Source: the human T2T-CHM13v2.0 reference genome, Homo sapiens. Taken from it: a DNA stretch of 64,000 bases. The notes beneath the pieces are model-generated. The model was not told the DNA's origin and did no database searches. It worked only from the letters and a program-made list of their open reading frames with translations. The position numbers and the translations under genes are program-made. Shown piece after piece: positions 50,235 through 62,582 of the stretch (position 1 is its first letter; each line of letters opens with the position of its first letter). The DNA is taken from assembly GCF_009914755.1 (NCBI RefSeq), contig NC_060927.1, one strand, 5' to 3'.

Positions 50235-50770
50235 CGTGATTGAGTTCTGGGAAATCATTCCCCTCCCTCTCCCCACACCCTTTGCTATGTAGCTGGGCAG
50301 GTCCTGCTGGGAAGAGGTGGCATCTGCTTCCCTACACCTTGAATCTGGGCTGGCCTGGACTTGCTTTTGCCAGTAGGACATGGAGAACTAATATAGTGAT
50401 GGTACCAAGCCAGGGCCTCAAGAAGCCTTGCAGCATCTGCTCCCACTTTTGGAGTCCTTCCCCTCTGATGGAAACCAGCTTGGGCCAGCCTGCTGGAGGA
50501 TGAGACCATGTGGAAGAGACCCTGGTTGTCCTAGCAGAAGCCACCCTAGAGCAGCCTATAGACAGCTGACCCCAAAATATGTGGAAGATTCTGCTAAGCT
50601 CAGCAGCGCCACCTACTTGACCCACAGCTGACCATAGGTGTGTGAGAGAGCCCAGTTGAGACCAGAAGTGCCCGGTGCACCCATGCACTCATGAGCAAAG
50701 ATCAATCCATAGTGTCTGGAGGCAGTTAGTTTGGGGGTAGTTTGTTATTCAGCCATAGCTCACTGACACA
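50235..50770 (+). mobile_element. MLT1G/H-type MaLR LTR
   Basis: ccttgaatctgggctggcc, agcctgctggaggatgagaccatgtgga, and end tttgggggtagtttgttattcagccatagctcactgacACA. Confidence 0.75.
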
Positions 50771-51828
50771 ATTCCCCAAGCAGGAAAGGAACCTGGTCAT
50801 CGAGCCTGGGACATGAGTTCCAGTCCTGTGCCTGTCAGTGAATTTTCATGTGGGTGGGCCCTGTAGCAGGCTCTGGAGCACCATCAAGGAGTGTGGTTCT
50901 GATTCTAGCAGGCCAGGAAAAGAATGTGGGCAAGGGCTGCATGTGGGTGGCCCTGGGTCTCATCCTCCCTGAAGCAGCATGAACAGACTTTTCAGAGGAG
51001 TCTTCAGAAGAGTTTGTCAGGTGGGGGAAAGGTGAGTGCTCTGGGCAGAGGAGACAGCAAAGGACAAGATGTACAGAGAAATGGGACCACAGTAATTCTG
51101 TGCTGGAGACAAATAGGGTGTGGTGATGAAAGAGAGGGCATGAGAACTGCTAGAACCTCATCTGGCAGAGTGCTTATCTCCTAAGTGGCACCATTGCTAC
51201 TGCTGTGCAAAAGGCTGCCAGCATGGCAGGTGCAAGGTCACTGTGGGATAAGGAACTTGGACTTTACCTACAGGACAATGGGGAGCCATGGCTGGTGGTA
51301 GGTATGGTGTGAGTTGGTCTGGCCAGAGCTTGGAGGCTGGCTTGATGGGGTATGAGTGGAAGCAGGGAGACCTGGAGGAAGCCTTGGCATTCTTTCAGAT
51401 TCTCACCTGAAAGAGACAATGGTGGCCAAAGAAGGTGATGGGCAGTGAGAAAACTCATGAGATGCCCCAGGGAGAAACTGCCAGAGCTTGGCAGCCTGTT
51501 GAATGTGCCTGGTGTTGGGGAGGAATTTGACAATGGCAATCTGCATCTGGCATGGACAGCCTGTGTGGTCCACAGCCTGAACCTCTTATCTCCATCTTCC
51601 TCAAGCCTCTGTTTGAGGTGGTGGAATGCTCAGGTGATGATGGCTCAGATGATGTGTGACAGCCCAAACTATAGCCTTCCTTCCCTTGCTTCTGGGTGGT
51701 GAGGCCTTGAAGAGGTAATTTCTCTTCCCTGAGACTGGTTGTCATTTGTGAAGTGGGAGCAAGAGGCTTCCTAGGGTCTCAGGAAACATGTCTTAGACTT
51801 GCCTTGAAGTGTGCAGGGGACAGCCCCA

Positions 51829-52050
51829 CCTCAGGTGGGAAAAGCCTCCCCAGGACTGTCCTGACCTCAGGTGGGAAAAGCTTCCCCAGGACTGTCCTGA
51901 CCTCAGGTCGAAAATCCTCCCCAGGACTGTCTTGACCTTGGGTGGGAAAAGCCTCCTCAGGACTGTGCCTGCCCTTGGGTGGAAAAGCCTCCCCAGGACT
52001 GTCTTGACCTTTGGTGGGAAAAGCCTCCCCAGGTCTGTTCTGACTCAGGT
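51829..52050. repeat. 36-bp minisatellite, ~6.2 copies
   Basis: Unit CCTCAGGTGGGAAAAGCCTCCCCAGGACTGTCCTGA, with copies starting at 51829, 51865, 51901, 51936, 51973 and 52008. Confidence 0.95.
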
Positions 52051-53289
52051 CTTGCTGAGGGGCTCCCTTGCCAATTGGCAGGGCACCCTCTGCAGAGAGG
52101 TTCAGGCACTGGTTCATCTCCTCAGGGCCTTTGGGAAAGTCCAGTTCCTGCTCCGTGAAGCCCTGAGCTAGTTTTAAACTCAAGTCCAGAGGCTGTGTGT
52201 GTGTGTGTGTGTATAGGAACTTTATCCCTCTTAACCGTTTCCCTCAAATTATTTTGCTGCCTCCATTGGTGCACTATGTTGGTGCAAGGCCATCCCTGGG
52301 AGGCACACATCCTGGACTTTGTTTTCTCACTGCCAAATTTGCTGTGTGGCCTTGAGCCCTGGCCCTCTCTGGGCCTCAGTTTCTCCAGTTCTAAAACAAG
52401 AGATGTGTCCAAGTCAGAGACTGTATGCTGGTGGCATGAAGGCCAAGTTCAGCCCACAGTCATGTTTTGCTTCATCCTCATGGTGTTTGTCAATGTACAG
52501 AAAAAGTGGGATATTTTACTTAAAAACCTGGATGCTTGTCCTTTCTTGAAAAATCAGAGGATCTGACCATGAAGAGGCCCACATTCCCATGTGGCAAAAA
52601 TGCCCTTGTGTTGAGCAGCTTACTTTCTGAGACTGGGTTCCTGCCAAGACCCCAGGCATTTGGTTTCTCATCACTATAGTCCTGGGCTTTCTGATGTTTT
52701 TGGTTCAGCCTCTAACAATTTTGGCCTTTGTAACGTCAGTTTTTTTGAAAAGCCACTTTAGGAATAGACCAAAGGGGCTGGTGGATACCTCTGCCCAATG
52801 CAGAACCAAATATTTATTACCATAAGCCATGTTTGAAGAATCCCATAGTTGTGGAGAGAATAGTGATAATAATAATTAATAATAATATTTAGCATTCATC
52901 CATTGCTTTGCAACTCAAAGTGCCATACAGTCATTACTGGGAGGATCCTCACAACAGCCCTGTGAGGTAGGTGTTATTCTGATTTCACAGGTGGAGAAAC
53001 TGGGGCTCAGAGCACAGCTGAACAGGGCACCCGAGAGAGGGCAGGCCCCAGAGCTGGGAACCCACAGTGAGGGAGGACACAGGGATGACTCTTCTGAGAC
53101 TGTGTTTATGTAACTATCATTGAACACTCATCTGGGGAGGCTGGTCAGAATCTCCCCCATTCCCAGGTGCCAAGGAGGTCAGAAGCAGAAGGGTTGCAAG
53201 GTCGGGAAGCCATCCTGATCATGGCAGATCTGGTAGGTTTTCCAAAGCAAAGATAAAATGTGACCTGTGGACTCCCAAGAAACTGCTCA

Positions 53290-53540
53290 CTTACCTATCT
53301 GTAGGTGTACCTACCTCATCAACCCACCCTCATCCACCCACCCACTTTCCTAGCTATTCATCCATTCATCCGCTCACTTATCAATCCATCCACCCATCTG
53401 TTTATCCCTTCATCCATCCATCTACCCATCCATCCATTTATCCATTCACCCACCCACCTACTTATCCATCCACACATCTACCCATTCACCTACCTACCTA
53501 CTCACACATTCATCCATCCCTCCATCCATTCACTCCATGG
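53290..53540. repeat. Degenerate (CCAT/CCAC)n simple repeat
   Basis: Repeated catccatcca/cacccaccta. Confidence 0.9.
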
Positions 53541-53632
53541 CCCCTTCACATGCCCACTCCTCCAGACACCCAAGTAAAAGAAAAATGGAAAAAAATGTCC
53601 AAGGGAAGAAACCATGCAACCATCCAGTCACT

Positions 53633-53638
53633 TTTATT
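53633..53638 (-). terminator. Distal AATAAA poly(A) signal candidate
   Basis: Plus-strand TTTATT. The A-rich plus-strand run at 53575-53596 gives a U-rich downstream element on the mRNA strand. Another TTTATT is at 52813-52818. Confidence 0.45.
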
Positions 53639-54057
53639 TGCCCATGCTGTGATCCAGGCTCAGTGTGGACACTGAGGAGTCAGACACAGCCTAGATACTG
53701 AAGGGCTCCCAGCAGGTGGGGCCATGGGGCTGTGCTGTGGTCTCAGAGGTGTCTGGTTTTCACCCATGGGTGTGGGGACAGAGTTCAGAGGTGCCTTCTC
53801 TTGGCGGTTCAACACAATCACACACAATCTCTGCTGTCTGCCTCATACCACCAGCCCTCACATGCAAGCAGAGACTCTGGGGAGCAGCAGATGCAAAGGC
53901 ATGCAGCTCCATGCCTGAGACCTGATCTCCCAGGCACATGGAGAGAAACAGACGCTTGGGTAGCACGGAAACACACAGACACATACACACACGAGTACGG
54001 CGGAGGCGCTGCAAGGCACAAAGTCACGTGACTACACTCAAGTCCCTAAGAAGATAC

Positions 54058-54060
<3 letters not shown>

Positions 54061-54102
<42 letters not shown>
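54061..54102. repeat. (AC)21 microsatellite
   Basis: Direct reading. Confidence 0.97.
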
Positions 54103-54103
<1 letters not shown>

Positions 54104-54830
54104 GGAAATGCAAACGGACACATATTAGAACACCCCCAGCCTGCTGGAGGACAGCTTTCTAGGCTGAGGCTCTGGGTGTAGCTGGACCCAAAGCAAAGTG
54201 GCCTCACTTGAACCTCTCTCTGCTGCTTGGCCTTGGGAGCAGGATATCCAGGAAGCCCCGCTGGGCCCGGCTGCTCATCGGCCCCTCACCCCATCTGCTT
54301 TGGGTCCCCTCACCTGAGGACTACATCTCACCTTCCAGGACACGCAGGCAATGGCTAGTGTCTTGGTGAGGTGTGGGGCTCCCTGAACTGGCCTCTGCTG
54401 CAGGATGACGGTCAAGTCCCTGTGAGGGGCACGATGACCACCCACCACAGTGACTCATTTCGAAGCTACCACTCAGTGGCCCTGCTTGAAAGGCCTGAGC
54501 TTAACAGGCTGAGGCTGGGGATTTGATTTCTTTCCCGGCTAACATGGATGAGATGATGCCTCAACCCCAGGCATCCAGGGGCAGCTTGTGCCCACTTGGC
54601 AAACAGAACTCAAGAATCCAGCTGTGCAAGGGGCCCCATGGGGCCTGACGCCACAACCAGGCATCGCCCCTCCTTACCCCTAAGTGAGTACCAGAATTAA
54701 GAAGAAGCACAGGCCGTGGAATGATACAGTAGACTCGATATAAATAAAATATTCATATAAAAATAGTCTCTTACAAAATATTCTCTCTTATCCGGTGGCT
54801 CACTTTCCGAAAGATGGAAACTGCTGGGAA

Positions 54831-54856
54831 TTTATTATTTTTCCTCTCTATTTATT
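54831..54856 (-). terminator. Tandem AATAAA poly(A) signals (54851-54856 and 54831-54836)
   Basis: Two plus-strand TTTATT hexamers 20 nt apart, followed on the mRNA strand by U-rich sequence (54720-54780). Confidence 0.55.
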
Positions 54857-54982
54857 CCAAACTGGATTTTTCTAATGGTGAAGTTTGAACTGGGGAGGGC
54901 AAAAGGATGGAAAACATACTCTGGAAAAAACGTCTCCAAATCTGGACCAGCTTAAATTTCTGGATAAGTAGCAGCAAACAGC

Positions 54983-55003
54983 AAAAAAAAAAAAAAAAAA
55001 AAA
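54983..55003. repeat. A21 run (U21 in the WNT7A 3'UTR)
   Basis: Direct reading. Confidence 0.95.
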
Positions 55004-55233
55004 TGTGTGTGTGTATATCTATATATGCATAAAAGATGTCTCCTCTTGTACTTAAACATCTAGTGCTGCAAGGTGGGTACCTGCAAAATCAGCTAGTAGA
55101 AATATCTGCATAAAGAATAGTTATGTACACTTCTACACGGCTCCTTGTCCTAGCAACAAAATCATCCTGCTAGGAAAGCAAGCAGTCCACTTTGATTGCA
55201 GAAAACGGATCCCGACGAGGTGGAAGAATTCTT

Positions 55234-55239
55234 TTTAAT
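55234..55239 (-). terminator. Proximal poly(A) signal ATTAAA
   Basis: Plus-strand TTTAAT in an AT-rich block ~340 nt after the stop. Confidence 0.65.
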
Positions 55240-55578
55240 TAAATAAATTAATATTATTTTTATCAGAATAAATTGTTAAATATTGCTGTGATGAGGCCCA
55301 GGGGTCCAGAGTTCCTGCTGCAGAAGGCTTCGCTCCAGCCGCGGAGGGACCTGGGCTGTGTCTGGGGGAGGGTGGAGCAGCATTGGGTGTGGAACAGAAT
55401 AGTTGAGGGCTCTGAGAGATTTTTTTTCCCCCACGGATGCCTGCAGGAAACCCAGGAAAAGTACCCTCCTCAGCAGAAAAGACAAGCTCAGCATCCTGCC
55501 AGGGAGCCCGCAGCTTGGAAACGGTCCAGTCCTCCCAGCAATCTGACTTGCAGCGGGAGGGTGGTGTGCACACGGGGC

Positions 55579-56154
<576 letters not shown>

Positions 56155-57899
56155 CTATCTGGGTCTGGCTTTAGTTTTTTCTTTCTGGTGTAGGAAACTC
56201 AGACCTGGATTCTAGGCCCTCTCATTCCAGCCTTTGTGCTGTGCAAGCCACTTCAGCCCTCTGTGCAGCAGTTTCCCCATATGTAGAAGGGGGATAACGA
56301 TAGTGCCTAACTGTACTCATACAATGCAATACTATACAGCAAGGAGAAAGAATGAATTGCTCACACATGCACAAAGAATGGATCTTTAAGAGGTAATGTT
56401 GAGGGAAAGAAGTTGGACACCAAAGAGGACATACTTTATGATTCCATTTATATGAAGTTCAAGAATTGAATGGCAGATGTTTTTCATTTAAACTTTATTC
56501 ACCTACAAAGACAGTGGACTGGAGTTGGGCCATGAGCCATATTTTGCTTACCTTTGTTTTAGAATAGCCTAGCAATAAGAGAAGGCAACATTTTACCCAA
56601 CACCCAGAGTACAGCATATTCAGGTTATTTTCAGTGTACTTTAAAAAATTGTTTTTATTTCTTTCTCTCACTTTTCTTCCTTCCTTCCTCCCTCCACCCC
56701 TTTCTTCCTTTTTCAACTATAAAGAAATATCTTTGGGACTAAAGCTTCTCTCCCTTCCTCCACCATCCTAAGTCATGAATTGAGCTCCTACTGTGTACAG
56801 GCACAGAGATGGGGATTTCCCAAGTGAGCACAGTTGCTGGTTCACCATGTGTGAGCATTTTTATTCTCCTTCATTCAGACTGTCAAATTGCTTTTGCTTG
56901 TTATATCATGAAAGAATGAATGGAGGAAGGGGTAAGTGAGTGGACATTTATTAACCCCCTGCACACACACTGGGCCCATGCTTTTATGTATGGCATCTTA
57001 TTAATTCCATGAAGCTAGTATGATTGACTCCTTTTTACAGAAAAAAAAAAAAAGCCTTGAGGCTAAACTAAGTCTCAGAGCTGGTCTGTGAGACATTCTG
57101 AGGCAAGGGGCTTGGAGCTGAGGGGCGAACTGAGTGCCTGCTGGCCACTTAGTTCCCATGTGATGCTTCTTCTCCAGGTCTCAGTTTCCTTAACTCTAAC
57201 ATATAGTGAAGACAATTCCAGCTTTTCTGAGAAAATCAGGGTGCTGGAAGAGAATGAGACATTCAAAAAACTCGCTAGTCTTGCCTCTGGCCCTGGGCCC
57301 GTTCAAGATGCTGGGGATACTGAGGTGACAAGATTAAGTCCCTGACTCTGAGAATTGGGTCCATGTTCAGGGTCCTCCTAGCCCTAAGAGCTCTCCTTCC
57401 AGGAGAGGTGACCAGTGTTTGGTCAACAGAACCACCAGGGAGGGAGAGCCACCACATTTCAACCTCAGTATCTGCAATCAAATGAGCCAGTGATGCCACA
57501 GGCATCCAAAGTGTTCAGGAACAGGACTGGCTGGTGGAAGGCTCTGGTTCCAGAACACCTGGCATCACAGAGTACCTCCTGTAGGCAGCAGTCTCCCAGG
57601 ACCCCCCCACACGCAGCCCATGCTGGATGAGCAGCCCCTTCAAATGCAGGCTGCGTCCCACAAATCTGTGTCCCCAAAACAACACAGATATCCCCAACAC
57701 AGGTTGTCAGTGAGGGGATAGTTCCCAAATCTCCAGCCTGCCTTACTGCCTTGGCTTAAGAAGCAGGAGAAAGAGCAAAGGCTTGGAGGTGTGATGACAC
57801 AATTGGGGGCAGAGTGAGGCAGGTGTTTCTGATGCACTCAGGCCCAGTTGAGCTGGAGGCTTTGACAGAGATACCTGGGGGATGCTCAAAATGGATTCT

Positions 57900-59384
57900 G
57901 ACAATACTGAGTGTTGGCAAGCATATGGAGCACCTGGAGCCCTCAGACACTGCTGGAGGCATGCCAACCTGGTACACGTATGTTAGAAACCCGTTTTCCA
58001 GTATCTACTAAGGCTGAGGATGCACATGCCTATGACTCAGACCTTCCATTTCCAAGACACATACCCTAGAGAATCACACTGTGTGTGCAAAGGAAACAGG
58101 TTCAAGAATGTCCACACAGCAATGTTCATAATCGCTCTGACCTGGGCACCATCCAGATGACCATCCATAGTGAGTGGATAAACCACAGCGTGTGCATTTC
58201 AGTGGAACACAATAGGGCAATGACAATGAACAGCTCTAGCAAGCCACACTGACAGGGACTAACTCAGAAACACAGTGTGGAGGGACAGAAGCAAGCCAGA
58301 AATGATTTCCACAGAGTGATTTCATTTGGATCAAGGTCAAAGGCAGGCAAAACTGGATAGTATTGTTTAGGAGCCCATCCACCAATATCAAGACAAGGTT
58401 ATTCCCAGGGCGGGGAGGGGCTGTGGTTGGCCAGGGGCACCCAGCTGTCTTCTGGGGGTCCTGGCAATATTCTGCTCCTTGATATGGTTTATGGTTACAT
58501 GGATCATGCTTTGTAACTATTCTTTTAAGTGAACAGGGATGCTTTGTGTACTTTTTTCACATAAGCAATATCTCAATTTATAAAAATGCAATGGATACAA
58601 TCAATGGCCAACAAGCACATGAGAAGATGTTCAGCAGCACTGGTCCCCAGGGAAAGGCAAATCAAAACCACAACGACATGCTCCTTTACACTCACTAGGA
58701 GGCTAAGACAATAACAAGTGTCGGCGAGGGTGTGGAGCCATCAGAACCCTCTTGCACTGCTGGTGGGCATCTGAAAGGAGGCAGCCATTCTGGAAAACAG
58801 TCTGGCAGCTCCTCAGAATGTTAGACACAGAATGTGTGACTCAACAATTCCACCCCTAGGCGTATGCCCAAGAGAAATGAAAACATGTCCACAATAAAAT
58901 GAGTACATGATTGCTCATAGCAGCATTATTCATAACAGCCAAAAAGTGAGCGGAATAACTCCCTCAACTATTAATGGATAAGCAAAATGAGGTATACAGT
59001 GGAATGTTATTCAGCCATAAAAAGGAATGAAGTACTGATACACGCTACAACATGGATGAGCCTTGAAAACATTATATGCTAAGTGAAAGTAGCCAGATGC
59101 AAAAGGCCACATATCGTGTGATTCCGTTTACATGCAATGCCTAGAATAGGCAGATCCATAATGACACATGGGAGATTAATGGTTGCAGAGAAGAAGGGAA
59201 ATGGGGAGTGGTGGCTAATGGGTACGGGTTTCTTTCTGAGGTGATGAAAATAATGTAAAATTCATTGTGGTGATGGTTGCACATATCTGTGAATATATAT
59301 TAAAAGCCATTGAATTGCATACTTTAAGTGGTGACACTGTATGGCATGTGAATTATACCTCAGTAAAGTTGTTTTCTTAAAAAA
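57900..59384 (+). mobile_element. L1ME fragment (57900-58590) followed by L1MB 3' end (58595-59384)
   Basis: caaatcaaaaccacaa...aaaaggaatgaagtactgatacacgctacaacatggatga...gtgaattatacctcagtaaag. Confidence 0.8.
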
Positions 59385-60394
59385 GGCAATGGGAAGCCCC
59401 TGGAAGGTTTTTGTGGGAAAGCAATACCAAGGCTTGCATGTATTTCCATGTGTGTGATACTGAGGGCTACTACCGTGGTGGGCCCTAAGCAATGGCCCTA
59501 GTGCAGAAAATGGCTCCTGTGTCCTGGATGGGGGTCACTGCTCCTTCTGCCCCTCTTGGTCCCCTGAATGTGGCCTCCCTGTTCTTCTGAAGCCACTGAT
59601 GGCCTGACGCCATGGTGGTATTGAATGGGCTCCGATCAGGTGACATCCAGCCTGCTAGCCCTGCACACTCTGCATTTTGAGAGATGCAGTGACTGCATTC
59701 TGTCCACATTAAGCCAGGCATAATCACAGCTGCCTGGCCAGGGCTGGTCACCAGATGGGCACCCAGCCCTCTCCCCGAGGCAGGGGACAATAGCAGAGGA
59801 AGTGTGTGAGGGACAAAGCTGCACTCTGCACCCTACTGCTTGAGGCCAGGCTTCTGAGCTGCCCGAGGGGACTTATGAGCTCACCTCCCCACTTGAAGAG
59901 CCTGGGCTCTGTGCTTCAGTGTCAGGAGGTCTGAGGGCTTTCAGGCTCAGGCTCTAAGATGACACGGCTCCATGCAGCTTCCCAGTGCCTGGCATACAGC
60001 CGGTGCGCAGAAAATGCCAGAAGGTAATTCACCAAGGGGGTGCATTCAAATCACTCCACAAGCAGTATGCCCCAGGCCCGAGCAATTGTCAGTTGAATGT
60101 TCAGGGTCCCACAGGCCCTGCCAAGCTAGCCAGGCATCAACCCTCCATTGCTGGATATAGGTGAAGTTGAGAGGATTCAAGGAAAAGCCATGGCAAAGGT
60201 GGGGGACAATCGAGGGGCTTGGAGCAGCTGGCAGAATGTCAGTATTTTATATTAGTGGCTGCACCACTGGGTTGCAGGTTAAAGACCAGCTGCATGAAAC
60301 TGCTAGAGTTTGCCATTTTGCCATCTTGTGATGCTGAGATATCACAATATATGAGAAAAATAAATGAGGAAGTAAATCTGTGAATCTGGTGTCT

Positions 60395-60705
60395 GGCCTC
60401 AGTAGGCCCTTCCAGATGGTTTGGCCTGTGGAAGGCACTGGCAGGAAATCGGAGGGCAGGAGGAAAGTTCTGGGAGTTATTCCCCCTGGTTGCTCCCTGC
60501 TGGGCCCTTCAGGATGTCTGCACAACCCTATCAAAGGTCACAGCTCCTGCTGGGAAGTCCTCTCTATACAGCCCCCGGATTCTAGCAGCTCAGCCTCCCC
60601 TGTCTTCAGGCGTAAGGAGTAACCACTCCCCAGTGTAGCCAGCCCCAGGGTGCTGCACCAACTCTTTGAATTCCTTTACTTTTGTCCTTTTATTAGCAAA
60701 CTCTT
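60395..60705 (+). mobile_element. LTR33-like ERVL LTR fragment
   Basis: gtttggcctgtggaaggcactggcaggaaatcggagggcaggagga...agccccagggtgctgcacca. Confidence 0.55.
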
Positions 60706-61160
60706 TCTTTTTTAAAACAGCTTTACTGCAGTACAATTCACATACCACACAATTCTCCCATCAAAAGTGTACAATTCAATGGTTTTTAGTATATTCAGAA
60801 TTGTACCACTATCATTACAATCTAATTCTGGAACATTTTAGTCACCCCACAAAAGAAACTCCATACCCATTGCAGTCATTCCCCATTTCCCCTTGTCCCA
60901 GGCCCAGGCAGCCGCTAATCTACCTGCTGTCTTTGTAGATCTGTCTGTTCTAGACAGATCTATTCTATAAATGGAATCACATAGTATGTGGCATTTTGCG
61001 TCTCTAGCTTCCTTCACTCAGCATAAAGTTTTCAGGGTCTGTGCATGTTGTAGCATGTGTTACAATTCTTTTCCTTTTCATGGCTGAATAACACTCCATG
61101 GTACAGGTATGCCACATTTTATCCACGCATCCATCGGTCATTGGACAGTGGTCTCTTTCT
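60705..61160 (-). mobile_element. L1MB 3' end
   Basis: acagctttactgcagtacaattcacatacc...aagtgtacaattcaatggtttttagtatattc. Confidence 0.8.
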
Positions 61161-62067
61161 AAACTCTCCTTAATTCCCCAGTCTGAATGTGCCTGTGGCA
61201 TCCAGCCATGACCACAGTGGATACACCTGGCTCCTCTGCAGCAGGGCCGAGCCGAGCCCCACCCTCCTGGCCCCCAGGCCCGTGCTCTCTCCGCAGCAGC
61301 TGCCTCCGCTTGAGCAAGCTCACCCCTTCCATGCCTCTTGGCCCTGCACATGCTGTTCCTTATCTGGAAGGCCAATCTTTATCACCATGACAGACGATGG
61401 CCCAACAATTCCACTACTGAATATGTACCCTGCGGGGAGGCTTGTGCTTGTGCAAGATGTCAAAGAGCCTCACAGGGACCTTATCTGAAATATCCAAAGG
61501 CCAAAAGAATCTGAAGATCCACCAGTGGGGACTGGTTATGTAAATTACGGCACATCTATGAGTTGGAATGCCCTATAGCTGCTAAAGAGAATGAAATGGC
61601 TCTTACTCACTAACCAAGGACACTGTGCAAGGTCCGTGGTTAAGAGAGCAAAGCAAGGTGTAGAAAGGCTTGCAGCTTGGGAGCTTGTTTGTATGAGAAA
61701 GAAGACTCATCCATGTATGCTTGTAAGAGCACAGGGTATTTCTGGAATTACATGAGGGGAATTGGTAAGAGCAGCTGTCTCTGGGGAGGACACCAGTGCC
61801 AGGGGACCAGCTGGACAAACAGGAGTCTTACTTTTCATGGGATTGTCTTTTGTAGTGTTTGAATATTCTGCCATGTCAGGAAAAAAGTCAGCTCCTCACA
61901 AAGCCTTCCCTGATTGTCAGGATAGACAGTGACTCCCTCATGGTTTCCATGGCTGGCCTGTGCTGTTAGAGTCCTTGTCTCCTTAGCACTGTGATGACCT
62001 GCCTATACGTCAGCATTCCCCCAGGCCAATTGCCCTCCAAGGGAGGACTTGCTTCATAGCTACATGT

Positions 62068-62265
62068 AGTGGTATGTTGCTCAAACTGGCTCTCGAAAGA
62101 AAAAACAAAAAGCCCTGTTACGTAGTGTTTCCCAATTTCTGAGGAATAAATTAAATGTTCCCACCATGGCTGACTTTAAGCTACCAGCAGTTTAACAATT
62201 GACAAATCCTGAATATTTAGTAGCGGGTCTTCCAGCCCATAGGAGTGGGTTCCAACACACCACTG
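62068..62265. mobile_element. MER63-type hAT element
   Basis: Termini agtggtatgttg / caacacaccactg and internal cccaccatggctgactttaagctacca. Confidence 0.65.
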
Positions 62266-62274
62266 GCCTGGGAG

Positions 62275-62582
62275 TGTGATTAGTGCATAGCCTCCAGCTG
62301 TCAGATCCTTCAGGGCGTGGGGCCCTGCATCTGGGGACCAAGAGAGGCAAGGGTATAAAGGTCTGGCCATTTTAGCCAGAGGCAGTCCAACGTAATGGGC
62401 AGGACCGAGTCCAGTGCTCCCCATCAAGGCTTTGCTGGGCCAGCATCCAAGTGTGAGTCCTCTATCTGCCCAAGCCTGCTCCTCCTCTTCCCCTTTATTC
62501 CTTTATACAGATCCCCAATAAATAGCTGGGACCGGAAACTCCATCTCAGCCTCTGCTTCCAGAGAACCCCACCGGCCACACT
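62275..62582 (+). mobile_element. LTR16-type ERVL LTR (3' half)
   Basis: gggtataaaggtctggccatt, cccaataaa, and ctccatctcagcctctgcttccagagaaccc end motif. Confidence 0.75.

Larger units (their letters stand above)
53610..55578 (-). other. WNT7A: WNT7A 3'UTR (proximal part certain; distal extent depends on poly(A) site choice and could reach ~52.8 kb)
   Basis: Immediately downstream of the stop, with no recognisable interspersed repeat for ~2 kb, an AU-rich block at 54720-55280 and several poly(A) hexamers. Confidence 0.7.

Noticed and set aside
51829-52050. 36-bp partly palindromic repeats resembling a CRISPR array, and the periodic ORFs over them (SGGKSLPRTVLT)
   Set aside because: Units are contiguous with no unique spacers, there are no cas genes, and the context is primate DNA. 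Reading frames shift between units. It is an ordinary minisatellite.
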